DNA of 32,000 bases. It comes from Pseudidiomarina andamanensis. GTDB taxonomy: Bacteria > Pseudomonadota > Gammaproteobacteria > Enterobacterales > Alteromonadaceae. The stretch spans positions 2,280,001 to 2,312,000 of the forward strand of contig NZ_CP032551.1 in assembly GCF_009734345.1 (NCBI RefSeq). Reading direction: 5' to 3'. The notes under the pieces were generated by a model. It saw only the letters and a program-made list of their open reading frames with translations, did not search any database and was not told the DNA's origin. Position 1 is the first letter of the stretch. Each line of letters opens with the position of its first letter. Below are positions 15,309-25,800 of this stretch, piece after piece. Position numbers and translations under genes: made by a program.

Positions 15309-17915
15309 ATGGCAAAACCTGTCATTGAAAAAGTAGTCCCAGTTGCACATGGTATTCGTCCAACCTTGGTCGCATGTGCAATTTTAGCGAGTCTATCAAC
15401 CACATCATTTGCGCAAGAGGCGAGCACCGACGGTGCTGAACCAGAGACCAAAGCAGATGAACGAATTGCGGTAGTGGGTACACGTTCAGCGCCACGCTCG
15501 GTTGGTGATTCTGCAGTGCCGCTCGATATTGTCGGTGCTGATGAGTTGCGTGACCAAGGCTCCACCGACATGATGAACATGGTGAGCACAGTAGTGCCTT
15601 CGTTCAACGTGAATGACCAGCCAATCAACGATGCATCTACCTTGGTTCGTCCTGCCAACCTTCGCGGTTTAGCATCCGACCATACCTTAGTTCTGGTCAA
15701 TGGTAAGCGCCGCCATCGTAGTGCGGTCATCACATTTCTTGGTGGCGGGCTTTCCGACGGCGCGCAAGGGCCAGATATTTCTAATATTCCAGCGTCGGCA
15801 TTGAAACAAATCGAAGTACTCCGTGATGGTGCCGCGGCGCAATATGGCTCAGACGCGATAGCTGGTGTGATTAACTTTGTACTGAACGATGCTGCCGAGG
15901 GTGGAACTCTTGAAGCTCGCTATGGAACGACCGCCGAAGGCGATGGCGATACCTTCCAGATTAGCGGCAATATTGGTCTGCCGTTGAGTGAGCGTGGTTT
16001 TGCAAATTTAAGTATGGAGTACCGCGAAGCTGATGCAACCAGCCGCTCTGTTCAGCGTGATGATGCTGCTGCGTTGATTGAAGCAGGTAATACGTTTGTT
16101 GCTGATCCTGCTCAGATATGGGGAACACCTGAAATCAAATATGACTTCAAAGCACTCGGTAATTTTGGGCTTGATTTAGGTAACAACAAAGAAGCTTATT
16201 TATTCGCAAATTATGCCGAACGTGAAATTGAAGGTGGCTTCTATTATCGACATCCACATGACCGCAGTGGCGTTTATTTTGGTGGCTTCAATGACCAAGA
16301 CGAGCAACTCTTATTAGTTGGTGACTTGGATGGTGTTGGTCAGGGGCTGTCATGTCCAGAAGTGCCAGTGGGTGACAATGTACTTGATTCGCCGGAATAT
16401 CAGTTAATTGCCGACAATAGCACGCCACTGGGCGCGAACTGCTTTGCGTTCAATGAACTGTTACCTGGAGGCTTTACACCGCGGTTTGGTGGCATTGTTA
16501 CTGACGCATCATTTGTTGCTGGAACGAATGGTTATTTTGCAAATGATTGGGCGTATGACGCATCAATCGGCGTCGGTTACTCTCGCGTCGAGTATTTGTT
16601 GTTCAACACAGTAAACCCATCGTTAGGGCCTGATACACCATTTAACTTCAGCCCAGGCGCTGCTAGCCAGTTAGAGAAAAACTTTAACCTTGATTTCAGT
16701 AAAGGATTTCAGGTTGATGGGTTCTACGATTTAGTGAATGTCGCCACTGGTATTGAATATCGTCGCGAAACCTTTAAGCAAGAGGTTGGCGATCCGGCAT
16801 CATTCGCAATTGGGCCACTGACCGATCAAGGTTTTGGTATCGGTTCAAACGGTTTCCCAGGCATCAAGCCTGAGGCAGCTGGTGAATGGAGTCGTGGTAA
16901 CTGGGCTTGGTATGCTGATGTTGAGACTTACCTCACCGCAGATTTCATGGTCGGTGCTGCAGTACGATTTGAAGACTTCAGTGATTTTGGTTCAACCTCA
17001 AACGGCAAACTCTCGGCACGTTGGCAGCTAACCTCCGATTGGGCGATTCGCGGTGCAGTAAGCACTGGCTTTAAAGCACCAACGGTAGGCCAAAGTAATG
17101 TTATCAACGTGACGACGGCGTTCGTTGGCGATAGTTTACAAGATCAAGCGTTGTTGCCACCAACGAACCCAATTGCTGCATTGAAAGGCGGTAAACCATT
17201 ACAACCGGAAGAATCGGTATCATACAGTTTCGGTGTTGTTGGTGAATTCCAAAGTGGTCTCTACCTAACCATCGATTACTTTAATATTGAAGTAACCGAT
17301 CGTTTGAGCCGAACTTCGGCAATTCCATTAACACAAGAAGACCGCGATGCGCTGATTGCTCAAGGTGTTCGTGATGCCGCAAGTTATAGCAGTGTTGTTT
17401 ACTTCACTAATGATTTCGATACCACCACACAAGGTATCGATGTGGTCGCCAACTACGGGCATGACCTGTGGGAAGGTGATATGAAATATACACTGGCCTA
17501 TAACTGGACGGATACAACCGTTGATTCATTTAATCCAGACAACATCAACCTTGCCAAGGTACAGATGTTAGAGGACAACCTACCGGCACATCGTGCAACC
17601 TTTACAGCGAACTACCGGTTTGATGCAATGCGCACACTCGCTCGCGTCAATTATTACGGTAAGTACTATGAAGACCATGTTGATGCAGGTGGTGGCTTGG
17701 ATATCTTCCCGGGCGCTGAAACAACCCTTGACCTTGAGTTTAGCTATGACTTTAGCGAAAGCTTCACAGCCGCTATCGGCGGCAAGAACGTGCTCGATAA
17801 TCGTCCTGATGAGAACCCGTTCGCAAGCTCAGTGGTTGGATCGTTATATCCACCAACATCACCGATGGGTGTAAACGGCGGTTACTACTACCTTCGTGCG
17901 CAATATAAGTTCTAA
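15309..17915 (+). CDS. TonB-dependent outer-membrane receptor
   Basis: The signal peptide ends at SFAQEAS. Plug-domain motifs are present (ERIAVVGTRS, VLVNGKRR, IEVLRDGAAAQYGSDAIAGVINFVL). The long beta-barrel ends in the terminal motif YYLRAQYKF. I start at the ATG at 15309, which has a GGGGAG Shine-Dalgarno. Confidence 0.9.
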   Translation: MAKPVIEKVVPVAHGIRPTLVACAILASLSTTSFAQEASTDGAEPETKADERIAVVGTRSAPRSVGDSAVPLDIVGADELRDQGSTDMMNMVSTVVPSFNVNDQPINDASTLVRPANLRGLASDHTLVLVNGKRRHRSAVITFLGGGLSDGAQGPDISNIPASALKQIEVLRDGAAAQYGSDAIAGVINFVLNDAAEGGTLEARYGTTAEGDGDTFQISGNIGLPLSERGFANLSMEYREADATSRSVQRDDAAALIEAGNTFVADPAQIWGTPEIKYDFKALGNFGLDLGNNKEAYLFANYAEREIEGGFYYRHPHDRSGVYFGGFNDQDEQLLLVGDLDGVGQGLSCPEVPVGDNVLDSPEYQLIADNSTPLGANCFAFNELLPGGFTPRFGGIVTDASFVAGTNGYFANDWAYDASIGVGYSRVEYLLFNTVNPSLGPDTPFNFSPGAASQLEKNFNLDFSKGFQVDGFYDLVNVATGIEYRRETFKQEVGDPASFAIGPLTDQGFGIGSNGFPGIKPEAAGEWSRGNWAWYADVETYLTADFMVGAAVRFEDFSDFGSTSNGKLSARWQLTSDWAIRGAVSTGFKAPTVGQSNVINVTTAFVGDSLQDQALLPPTNPIAALKGGKPLQPEESVSYSFGVVGEFQSGLYLTIDYFNIEVTDRLSRTSAIPLTQEDRDALIAQGVRDAASYSSVVYFTNDFDTTTQGIDVVANYGHDLWEGDMKYTLAYNWTDTTVDSFNPDNINLAKVQMLEDNLPAHRATFTANYRFDAMRTLARVNYYGKYYEDHVDAGGGLDIFPGAETTLDLEFSYDFSESFTAAIGGKNVLDNRPDENPFASSVVGSLYPPTSPMGVNGGYYYLRAQYKF

Positions 17916-17937
17916 TTGGTTGCGATAGAAAAACACC

Positions 17938-17965
17938 AAGGCAGGCCGAGCGCCTGCCTTTTTTC
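17938..17965 (+). terminator. Rho-independent terminator after the TonB-dependent receptor gene
   Basis: The stem GGCAGGC (17940-17946) pairs with GCCTGCC (17952-17958) around a 5-nt loop and is followed by T6. Confidence 0.8.
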
Positions 17966-18026
17966 TGTGCCCTTCAGCGAAATTCGTGTACAATCTTTGG
18001 CTTAATTTAACAGTCACACTGAAGCT

Positions 18027-18998
18027 ATGAAGTTATCAGAAATCAACGCCTTGATGGCCGACGACATGACCGGAGTGAACCAACTAATTGGTGCAGAACT
18101 TCAGTCAGATGTTGCTCTTATCAATCAATTGGGTCTGTATATTGTGAACAGTGGCGGCAAACGTCTACGTCCGCTACTTGCTGTCACCGCCGCGCGCGCC
18201 GTAAATTACGAAGGGCAGGGGCATCTAACCCTCGCGACCATCATTGAGTTTATTCACACCGCGACCCTGTTGCACGACGATGTCGTTGATGCATCAGAGC
18301 TACGTCGCGGTAAAGAAACTGCCAACGCTGTATTTGGTAACGAAGCGAGCGTATTAGTTGGCGATTTCTTGTATACCCGCGCATTTCAGTTGATGGTGAC
18401 GTTGAATTCGATGAAGGTGATGAAGATTCTCGCCGATGCAACCAATATCATTTCAGAGGGTGAGGTGTTGCAGTTGATGAACTGTAATGACCCAGACACT
18501 ACTGAAACGAGCTATTTTGACGTTATTTACGGTAAAACAGGTAAACTCTTTGAAGCCGCCACGCAACTCGGTGCCGTTCTTGCTGAACAACCACAAGAAG
18601 TAGAAGATGCGCTTGCAGCTTATGGTCGACATCTTGGCACCGCTTTCCAATTAGTGGACGACTTACTTGATTACACTGCCGATAGCGAAACTATGGGTAA
18701 ACAAGCCGGTGATGACTTAGCTGAAGGTAAGCCAACATTGCCATTGCTTTACGCTATGTGGCATGGCAATGACCAGGAAGCAGCAATGATTCGTCTTGCG
18801 ATTGAACAAGGTGATGGCCGTGACCAATTGCAGCAAGTACTTGCAGCAATGCAGCGCACGGGCGCACTGGAATACACGCGTAATCGTGCTTTAAAAGAGG
18901 CGGAGTTAGCGCAGCAGCAACTGGCGCATTTGCCGGCGTCGCCGTATCGCGAGGCGCTGCACGCCCTCGCTGCTATCGCCGTCGACCGCATCGCTTAG
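18027..18998 (+). CDS. ispB: Octaprenyl-diphosphate synthase (trans-polyprenyl diphosphate synthase)
   Basis: It carries the two Asp-rich motifs LLHDDVVD and FQLVDDLLD plus GKRLRP. The position upstream of rplU-rpmA-obg is the canonical ispB context. Confidence 0.9.
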   Translation: MKLSEINALMADDMTGVNQLIGAELQSDVALINQLGLYIVNSGGKRLRPLLAVTAARAVNYEGQGHLTLATIIEFIHTATLLHDDVVDASELRRGKETANAVFGNEASVLVGDFLYTRAFQLMVTLNSMKVMKILADATNIISEGEVLQLMNCNDPDTTETSYFDVIYGKTGKLFEAATQLGAVLAEQPQEVEDALAAYGRHLGTAFQLVDDLLDYTADSETMGKQAGDDLAEGKPTLPLLYAMWHGNDQEAAMIRLAIEQGDGRDQLQQVLAAMQRTGALEYTRNRALKEAELAQQQLAHLPASPYREALHALAAIAVDRIA

Positions 18999-19001
18999 AA
19001 C

Positions 19002-19068
19002 CGTTACTCGTTATTGGTTACTCGTTACTCGAAAAACAAAACGAACGAATAACGAATAACGAATAACG
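19002..19068. repeat. 7-mer-armed palindromic element, copy 5 (minimal hairpin form, no core)
   Basis: CGTTACT CGTTATT GGTTACT CGTTACT CG, then the loop AAAAACAAAA, then CGAA CGAATAA x3 CG. It begins 3 nt after the ispB TAG. Confidence 0.85.
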
Positions 19069-19071
19069 TAC

Positions 19072-19100
19072 TTTACTCACGCAGCGAGTTTATGTACAAT
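19072..19100 (+). promoter_or_regulatory. Putative sigma70 promoter of rplU-rpmA
   Basis: TTTACT (19072-19077), a 17-nt spacer and TACAAT (19095-19100) lie 55 nt upstream of the rplU ATG and immediately after element copy 5. Confidence 0.45.
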
Positions 19101-19155
19101 TCGCGCCCTGAATTTAATTCAAATAAAGACCCCTCGGGGAAAATCGGAGAAAGAC

Positions 19156-19467
19156 ATGTACGCAGTATTCCAAAGTGGCGGTAAGCAACACCGTGTAACT
19201 GAAGGCCAAATCGTCCGCCTGGAAAAACTGGAAGCGGCCACTGGTGATGTGGTTGAGTTCGATCAAGTGTTAATGCTATCGAACGGTGACGACGTGAAAA
19301 TCGGCGCACCTTTTGTTTCTGGTGGATCTATCAAGGCGGAAGTTATCAACCACGGTCGTGGCGACAAAGTGAACATTATCAAGTTCCGTCGTCGTAAGCA
19401 CCACATGAAACGCCAAGGTCATCGTCAGTGGTTCACCGAAGTGAAAATCACTGGTATTAACGGTTAA
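19156..19467 (+). CDS. rplU: 50S ribosomal protein L21
   Basis: [18 protein letters not shown]...[23 protein letters not shown] is canonical L21. Confidence 0.97.
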   Translation: MYAVFQSGGKQHRVTEGQIVRLEKLEAATGDVVEFDQVLMLSNGDDVKIGAPFVSGGSIKAEVINHGRGDKVNIIKFRRRKHHMKRQGHRQWFTEVKITGING

Positions 19468-19485
19468 TTGAAGGAGTAACGACAC

Positions 19486-19743
19486 ATGGCACACAAAAAA
19501 GCCGCAGGTTCAACTCGTAACGGTCGTGACTCAGAAAGTAAACGTCTGGGTGTTAAGCGCTTCGGTGGTGAGTCAGTATTAGCTGGTAGCATCATCGTTC
19601 GTCAACGTGGTACTAAATTCCACGCTGGTGACAACGTCGGTATCGGCCGTGACCACACTTTGTTCGCATTAGCGGACGGTAAAGTTTCTTTTGCGGAGAA
19701 AGGTCCAAACAACCGCAAATACGTTAGCATCGTTACTGAATAA
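19486..19743 (+). CDS. rpmA: 50S ribosomal protein L27
   Basis: [29 protein letters not shown]...[12 protein letters not shown] is canonical L27. Confidence 0.97.
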   Translation: MAHKKAAGSTRNGRDSESKRLGVKRFGGESVLAGSIIVRQRGTKFHAGDNVGIGRDHTLFALADGKVSFAEKGPNNRKYVSIVTE

Positions 19744-19773
19744 TTTCAGTTAGAAAGCTAGCGAAGAGATAAG

Positions 19774-19803
19774 AAACCCCGTCCGGAGTGGCGGGGTTTT
19801 TTC
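19774..19803 (+). terminator. Rho-independent terminator after rpmA
   Basis: AAACCCCG pairs with CGGGGTTT around a 10-nt loop and is followed by a T-run. Confidence 0.8.
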
Positions 19804-19822
19804 ATGTAAGCAGGTAGGTTAA

Positions 19823-20995
<1,173 letters not shown>

Positions 20996-20998
20996 AAA

Positions 20999-21128
20999 CG
21001 TTACTCGTTATTCGTTATTGGTTACTCGAAAAACCAAAAGACAATGCGCATAGAAGTGAGCAAATACGTTTGCGATTTCAAGAGCGCGCTGAAGCCACGA
21101 ATAACGAATAACGAACAACGAATAACGA
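20999..21128 (-). repeat. 7-mer-armed palindromic intergenic element, copy 6 (long form, core inverted)
   Basis: Left arm 20999-21028 is CGTTACT CGTTATT CGTTATT GGTTACT CG. The core contains CGAAAAACC ... CATAGAAGTGAGC ... AGAGCGCGCTGAAGCC, the reverse complement of the forward boxes. Right arm 21098-21128 is CGAATAA CGAATAA CGAACAA CGAATAA CGA. The element begins 3 nt after the obg stop and ends 13 nt before the folA ATG. Confidence 0.88.
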
Positions 21129-21141
21129 TTTGGGGGGTGAG

Positions 21142-21651
21142 ATGCATATTGCTTTAGTTGCGGCCATGGCGGCCAATCGCGTCATCGGAAAAGACGGCAA
21201 AATGCCTTGGCACCTCCCTGCCGAACTGCAACACTTCAAACGCATTACCCTCGGTAAGCCCGTTGTCATGGGTCGCACCACCTACGAATCCATTGGGCGT
21301 CCGTTGCCAGGACGCACCAATATTGTTCTCAGTCGCAAACACCAGCAGCCTTATACTGACGAGCAGGGCGTGGTTTGGGTTAATAGCCCTGAGCTTGCTG
21401 TGCAGGTGGCCGGCCATACTGAAGAGCTGATGGTGATTGGTGGTGGACATGTTTACGCCGAGTTTTTGCCACATGCACACCGATTATATCTTACCCAGAT
21501 TCAATTAGAGACTGAGGGCGATACGTTTTTCCCCGACTATCACGCCGAAGCAACTTGGGAACTGACTGAGTCGGTAGAGCATCCTGCCGATGATAAGAAT
21601 CCTCACGCATTTGTAACAGAAGTTTACGAACGTCAAGATGAGCCTCGCTAA
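21142..21651 (+). CDS. folA: Dihydrofolate reductase
   Basis: MHIALVAAMAANRVIGKDGKMPWHLPAELQHFKRITLGKPVVMGRTTYESIGRPLPGR and VIGGG..Y align with E. coli FolA. I start at the ATG at 21142, which has a GGGGGGTGAG Shine-Dalgarno. Confidence 0.93.
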   Translation: MHIALVAAMAANRVIGKDGKMPWHLPAELQHFKRITLGKPVVMGRTTYESIGRPLPGRTNIVLSRKHQQPYTDEQGVVWVNSPELAVQVAGHTEELMVIGGGHVYAEFLPHAHRLYLTQIQLETEGDTFFPDYHAEATWELTESVEHPADDKNPHAFVTEVYERQDEPR

Positions 21652-21678
21652 CGCAATAAAAGTGTAAAGATTGCGTTA
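21649..21678 (+). terminator. Hairpin overlapping the folA stop (weak terminator candidate)
   Basis: TAACGCAAT (21649-21657) pairs with ATTGCGTTA (21670-21678), a perfect 9-bp stem with a 12-nt loop. No U-tract follows. Confidence 0.3.
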
Positions 21679-21767
21679 ACAAGTGGCGACTTTTAACATT
21701 TTAATCCGTTGCAGACGCTAGAACGCCTCGTTAACATACCTTTCAAATAATAGTTTAGTGATAATGT

Positions 21768-22178
21768 ATGAAAGGTTTTGGGATGGCTCGCACGAGCTTC
21801 ATAATAACAATGAGCATGGGTCTAGTGATGACTAGCGGAGCAGCGGTGGCACAATCAATGTTACCGAGCTTCGGTGATGATGTGGCGTTGTTGTTTTGCA
21901 GCCAAGTTCGGCACAACAATGCCAGTGAATTTCGTAACAAGTTGCGCGAATATCGTCTGCGTATTCGCGACATTTATCCCCACATTCGCTGTAATGGCGA
22001 AACCATGATTCAATTCGCTCAGCGCAATGGCTCGTTTGAGATTGGTCGTTTCATTGCCTATAGCGTTCTTATCGACGACTTACATAAACTTGGCGATGCC
22101 ACATGGGCACAAAACTTACCTCAACAGAACCGTATCCGCCAAGTGATTGATGAACGGTTGGAACACCTATCTCAGTAA
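21768..22178 (+). CDS. Small secreted hypothetical protein
   Basis: It has a signal peptide (SMGLVMTSGAAVAQS) and two Cys residues (LLFCSQV ... IRCNGETMIQFA). It is reminiscent of small periplasmic DUF3718-type proteins of marine gammaproteobacteria, but I cannot verify this. The start could be 21768 or 21783. Confidence 0.5.
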   Translation: MKGFGMARTSFIITMSMGLVMTSGAAVAQSMLPSFGDDVALLFCSQVRHNNASEFRNKLREYRLRIRDIYPHIRCNGETMIQFAQRNGSFEIGRFIAYSVLIDDLHKLGDATWAQNLPQQNRIRQVIDERLEHLSQ

Positions 22179-22269
22179 AAAATAAAACAAACTTTTACAG
22201 TTTGTTGCTTTCCAGCTACCACGTAGTCGGGATAAACTGGGGTGAATTGTTACAACCGGATAACAAATC

Positions 22270-23769
22270 ATGCTAAATAAGGGAATATCAGCCGTAGCTA
22301 TTTTGCTAGGCGGAACACTCTACCTAAGCGTTACCAATGCTTTATATGCAGCAACGCAAGACCCTGCGGCGCAGACAACTGCTCCGGCATCACAGCAAAA
22401 ACCATTAGCTTCGTGCTACCTGAAGAACATAAGTGAGCAGGTTTTATGTGGCACACTCATGGTTCCTGAGAACTACGATCAACCAAATCAGCGACAAATT
22501 CCTATCAACTATGCTGTTTTGCCCGCCGTAAGCGAAAATAAAAAGGCCGACCCGCTATTGATTTTAGCTGGTGGTCCAGGACAAGCCGCTACCGAACTGG
22601 CAGCAATGATTAACCGTATGTTTAGCGATGTGCGGAAGCAACGAGATATTTTGTTGATTGATCAGCGCGGTACCGGTAAGTCGAACCCACTGAGTTGCGA
22701 ATTAAGTCATGTTGATGAGTTGGTTAAGGCCGATGATGATATTGAGCTCTCGCGCATTGCGGGTGAGTGTTTGGCTAAATATACTGACGAAGACCTGACG
22801 CAATACCATACAGTAAATGCAATTCGCGATTTTGAAGCCGTTCGAGAGCATTTAGGCTATCAGCAGGTCAACCTGTATGGTGGTTCATATGGCTCTCGCG
22901 CAGGCTTGGTATATATGCGAGAGGCGCCAGAGTCGGTGCGCGCAGCTGTACTTGATGCCGTTGCGCCTCCGGAAGTCGTCGTTGGCCCGTTTGGCCGCCA
23001 CGGCGCTGATTCGTTTGAGTTATTACTCGAGCAATGTGCGAACTCCAAAGCCTGTGAGTCGACATTCCCTAATTTAAAAACAACCTACGCCGAGACGCTT
23101 GAGCAACTTGAAGCTAACCCGGTTCCATTAACGGTCAACGACCCGTTAACGAATAAGCCAACGGATATTTTAATTACTGCAGGCCGTTTTACTTCAGTCA
23201 TGCGGGTGGGCTTATATCATCCAGTCACCAGACAATTACTGCCTTATGCAATTCAAGAAACCCATCGTGGTAATTACACGCCTTTAGTTGGTTTGATTGG
23301 CAGTAGCATGTCGCAATCGGAAATGTATATGGGGTTAACATTGTCGGTGTTGTGCAGTGAAGACTTACCTCGTGCAACCGACGAGCTTTTAGCCGAGGAC
23401 GGTGCCAATGATTTTATCGGTAGTCGCACTGCGGACGCATTTATTGAAATGTGTTCTGTATGGCCATCGGTACCTCGTCCTGAGTCTTGGTTTGCGCCGG
23501 TAGAAAGTGATATTCCAAGTTTATTACTTTCTGGACGTCATGACCCGGTAACGCCTCCAACATGGGGCGCACTGGCGGCACAAACCCTCTCGAATAGCCG
23601 CCATTTGATTGCTCCGCATGGTTCACACACGATAGCAGGGCACACTTGTGCTAATAAGTTGGCCGCTCAGTTTATCGATACATTAGATTTAGCCGCACTC
23701 AACGAAGATTGTTTGCAAAAACAAAAACCGTTGCCGTTTGTACTCAATTCGAACGGCAAAGGCCTGTAA
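22270..23769 (+). CDS. Secreted alpha/beta hydrolase (S33 prolyl/tripeptidyl aminopeptidase-like)
   Basis: It has a signal peptide, an oxyanion-type box LILAGGPGQA, a DQRGTGKS box and the nucleophile elbow GGSYGS. A C-terminal HGSHT-like region is also present. Confidence 0.8.
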   Translation: MLNKGISAVAILLGGTLYLSVTNALYAATQDPAAQTTAPASQQKPLASCYLKNISEQVLCGTLMVPENYDQPNQRQIPINYAVLPAVSENKKADPLLILAGGPGQAATELAAMINRMFSDVRKQRDILLIDQRGTGKSNPLSCELSHVDELVKADDDIELSRIAGECLAKYTDEDLTQYHTVNAIRDFEAVREHLGYQQVNLYGGSYGSRAGLVYMREAPESVRAAVLDAVAPPEVVVGPFGRHGADSFELLLEQCANSKACESTFPNLKTTYAETLEQLEANPVPLTVNDPLTNKPTDILITAGRFTSVMRVGLYHPVTRQLLPYAIQETHRGNYTPLVGLIGSSMSQSEMYMGLTLSVLCSEDLPRATDELLAEDGANDFIGSRTADAFIEMCSVWPSVPRPESWFAPVESDIPSLLLSGRHDPVTPPTWGALAAQTLSNSRHLIAPHGSHTIAGHTCANKLAAQFIDTLDLAALNEDCLQKQKPLPFVLNSNGKGL

Positions 23770-23779
23770 GGTAACTGCA

Positions 23780-24514
23780 ATGATTCAAGTGACAGAACTT
23801 CGCAAACAATTTGGTAAGGTTACCGCGCTCGACGGCCTGACGTTTACAGCACCTGAAGGTCAAATAACAGGTCTTTTAGGCCCAAATGGTGCCGGTAAAA
23901 CAACCTGCTTACGTACTATTTATGGGTTATTGAAAGCGGATAGCGGACAAGCACTTATTGATGGCATTGATGCAACGAAGCAACCGTTAGAAGCGCGCCG
24001 AAATATTGGTATTTTCCCAGATAAATTTGGCTTATATGAGCGCCTGACCGCACGTGAGCAAGTTGCTTATTTTGCAGCGCTGCACGGTCTCGACAAAGAC
24101 GCTGGTCAAGCAGCTGTACAAGAGGCGCTTGAGCGTTTAGATATGCTTGCCATTGCCGACCGTAAAGCTACTGGTTTCTCGCAAGGCCAGCGAATGAAAG
24201 TGGCGCTAGCACAAGCAATTGTCCACCGCCCTAAGCATCTTATTCTTGACGAGCCAAGTCGCGGCCTAGATGTAATGAGTACCCGTATTTTGCGAGACTT
24301 GCTGCGCGAGCTTCGCAGTCAAGGAACCAGTATTTTGTTCTCAAGCCACGTCATGCAAGAGGTGGCGGCATTGTGCGATCAGGTTGTTGTGGTTGCCAAA
24401 GGAAAAGTGGCTGCGCAAGGTACAACAGAAGAACTGTGTCAGTTAACTGGCGAATCAGCGCTCGAAGAAGCGTTTGTTAAAATAATCGGAACCGATGAGG
24501 GAATCGCGGCATGA
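23780..24514 (+). CDS. ABC transporter ATP-binding protein (NatA-like ABC-2 exporter ATPase)
   Basis: Walker A is GPNGAGKTT, the signature is FSQGQRMK and Walker B is LILDEP. I start at the ATG at 23780 (MIQVTELRKQFG), 10 nt after the hydrolase stop. Confidence 0.9.
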   Translation: MIQVTELRKQFGKVTALDGLTFTAPEGQITGLLGPNGAGKTTCLRTIYGLLKADSGQALIDGIDATKQPLEARRNIGIFPDKFGLYERLTAREQVAYFAALHGLDKDAGQAAVQEALERLDMLAIADRKATGFSQGQRMKVALAQAIVHRPKHLILDEPSRGLDVMSTRILRDLLRELRSQGTSILFSSHVMQEVAALCDQVVVVAKGKVAAQGTTEELCQLTGESALEEAFVKIIGTDEGIAA

Positions 24515-25671
24515 GTAAGTCTGTTCGCAGTCCAATAGGAATTGTTTGGCGCAAAGAGTTAAAAGACGCAATTCGTGACAAACGCTCAGTAATGGCGGCT
24601 ATGTCGTACGCTTTTTTCGGACCATTACTCATGGCGGTTGCGTTTTACGTCATGATCAGTCAACTCACTGATCCAAGCGATGTTGAAATTGACATCAAAG
24701 GCGCGGAGCACGCACCAGCCCTCATCGATTACTTACAACAGCAAGGCATTATTGAACGTGAGAAAGATTGGCCGGCAGGTCAACAGCCTATTGAGCTGGT
24801 TATTGGTGAAACTTGGGCGGAAGATATTGCAACGGCACAGCCAGCTCCAGTGACACTAACCGCTGACTTTAGTGCAACCAAACAACGTTCGGACATTCGC
24901 CGAATTGAAAAAGCCATTGAAGGTTATAGCAGTAAGCTCTCGTTTATTCGTCTGCAAATGCGCGGGCTCGATCCACGTGTGGTACAGCCGATTGATTTGG
25001 TCAAACACGATACCGCAACGAAAGGCTCTCGCTCAGCTATTTTGATGGGAAGCGTCCTGATATTCATCCTGTTGTCAGTATTCTTCTCTGGCATGAACGT
25101 TGCCATTGATATTAGCGCCGGAGAACGAGAACGTAACTCACTCGAGTTGCTGTTATCACAACCACTGAGTTCTCATCAGTTGGTATTAGGTAAGGCTTTC
25201 GCAGCAAGCTGTTTTGCCATGTTTGGTGGCGTGTTAAGTGTGGTGTTGATCCCGCTTATTTTCCGCTTCTTACCATTACACGAAATCGGCATCAGTGTTG
25301 CTATTGAATGGCCAATGATGTTGTTGATGGTGCTTATGTTGGCACCGTTAGCCCTGTTCGCAACGGCACTTCAGCTATTTGTTAGCTTCCGCGCCAAGAG
25401 CTTTAAAGAAGCGCAAACCTACATTTCGTTCTTGTTGATGCTGCCAATGTTAGCCGTATTTGGCGTTGAATTCGCGCGCCTTAAGAACCCTGTTCTTTAC
25501 TATTTACCTCTAACAGGTCAGCACCAAGCATTGCTTGATATCATTAAGGGCGAAGCATTGCAGTGGTTGCCATTATTGGTCAGTGGGGTAGTTACGGCGA
25601 TTGTGAGTTTGTTGATTATTCGCTTTATTGGCAAAATGCTCGCCAGCGAAAAAGTCGTCTTCGGCCTGTAA
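24511..25671 (+). CDS. ABC-2 type permease (NatB-like)
   Basis: An ATGA overlap with the ATPase gene indicates translational coupling. The protein has an N-terminal TM helix, a large extracytoplasmic loop and a C-terminal bundle of about 5 TM helices, as in NatB-type permeases. Confidence 0.85.
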   Translation: MSKSVRSPIGIVWRKELKDAIRDKRSVMAAMSYAFFGPLLMAVAFYVMISQLTDPSDVEIDIKGAEHAPALIDYLQQQGIIEREKDWPAGQQPIELVIGETWAEDIATAQPAPVTLTADFSATKQRSDIRRIEKAIEGYSSKLSFIRLQMRGLDPRVVQPIDLVKHDTATKGSRSAILMGSVLIFILLSVFFSGMNVAIDISAGERERNSLELLLSQPLSSHQLVLGKAFAASCFAMFGGVLSVVLIPLIFRFLPLHEIGISVAIEWPMMLLMVLMLAPLALFATALQLFVSFRAKSFKEAQTYISFLLMLPMLAVFGVEFARLKNPVLYYLPLTGQHQALLDIIKGEALQWLPLLVSGVVTAIVSLLIIRFIGKMLASEKVVFGL

Positions 25672-25679
25672 AGCAAGAG

Positions 25680-25800
25680 CGTTGTTCGTTATTCGTTATT
25701 CGTGGGTTCGTCTCGCTGTTGAGGTTAGAGACAAATTTGCTCATATTTCTGTGTGATCACTTTGGTTTTTCGACTAACGACTAACGACTAACGAATAACG
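25680..25800 (+). repeat. 7-mer-armed palindromic intergenic element, copy 7 (core forward)
   Basis: Left arm 25680-25702 is CGTTGTT CGTTATT CGTTATT CG. The core GTTCGTCTCGCTGTTGAGG...CATATTTCTGTGTGATCACTTTGGTTTTTCG closely resembles copy 4. Right arm 25771-25800 is CGACTAA x3, CGAATAA, CG. The last 13 nt are also the final codons (V-I-R) and stop of the convergent oxidoreductase gene. Confidence 0.9.

Noticed and set aside
19128-19140. Small CCCCTCGGGG hairpin in the rplU leader as a ribosomal-protein leader motif
   Set aside because: The stem is only 4 bp, and I can match it to no known L21 leader of this form in gammaproteobacteria. It is probably insignificant.
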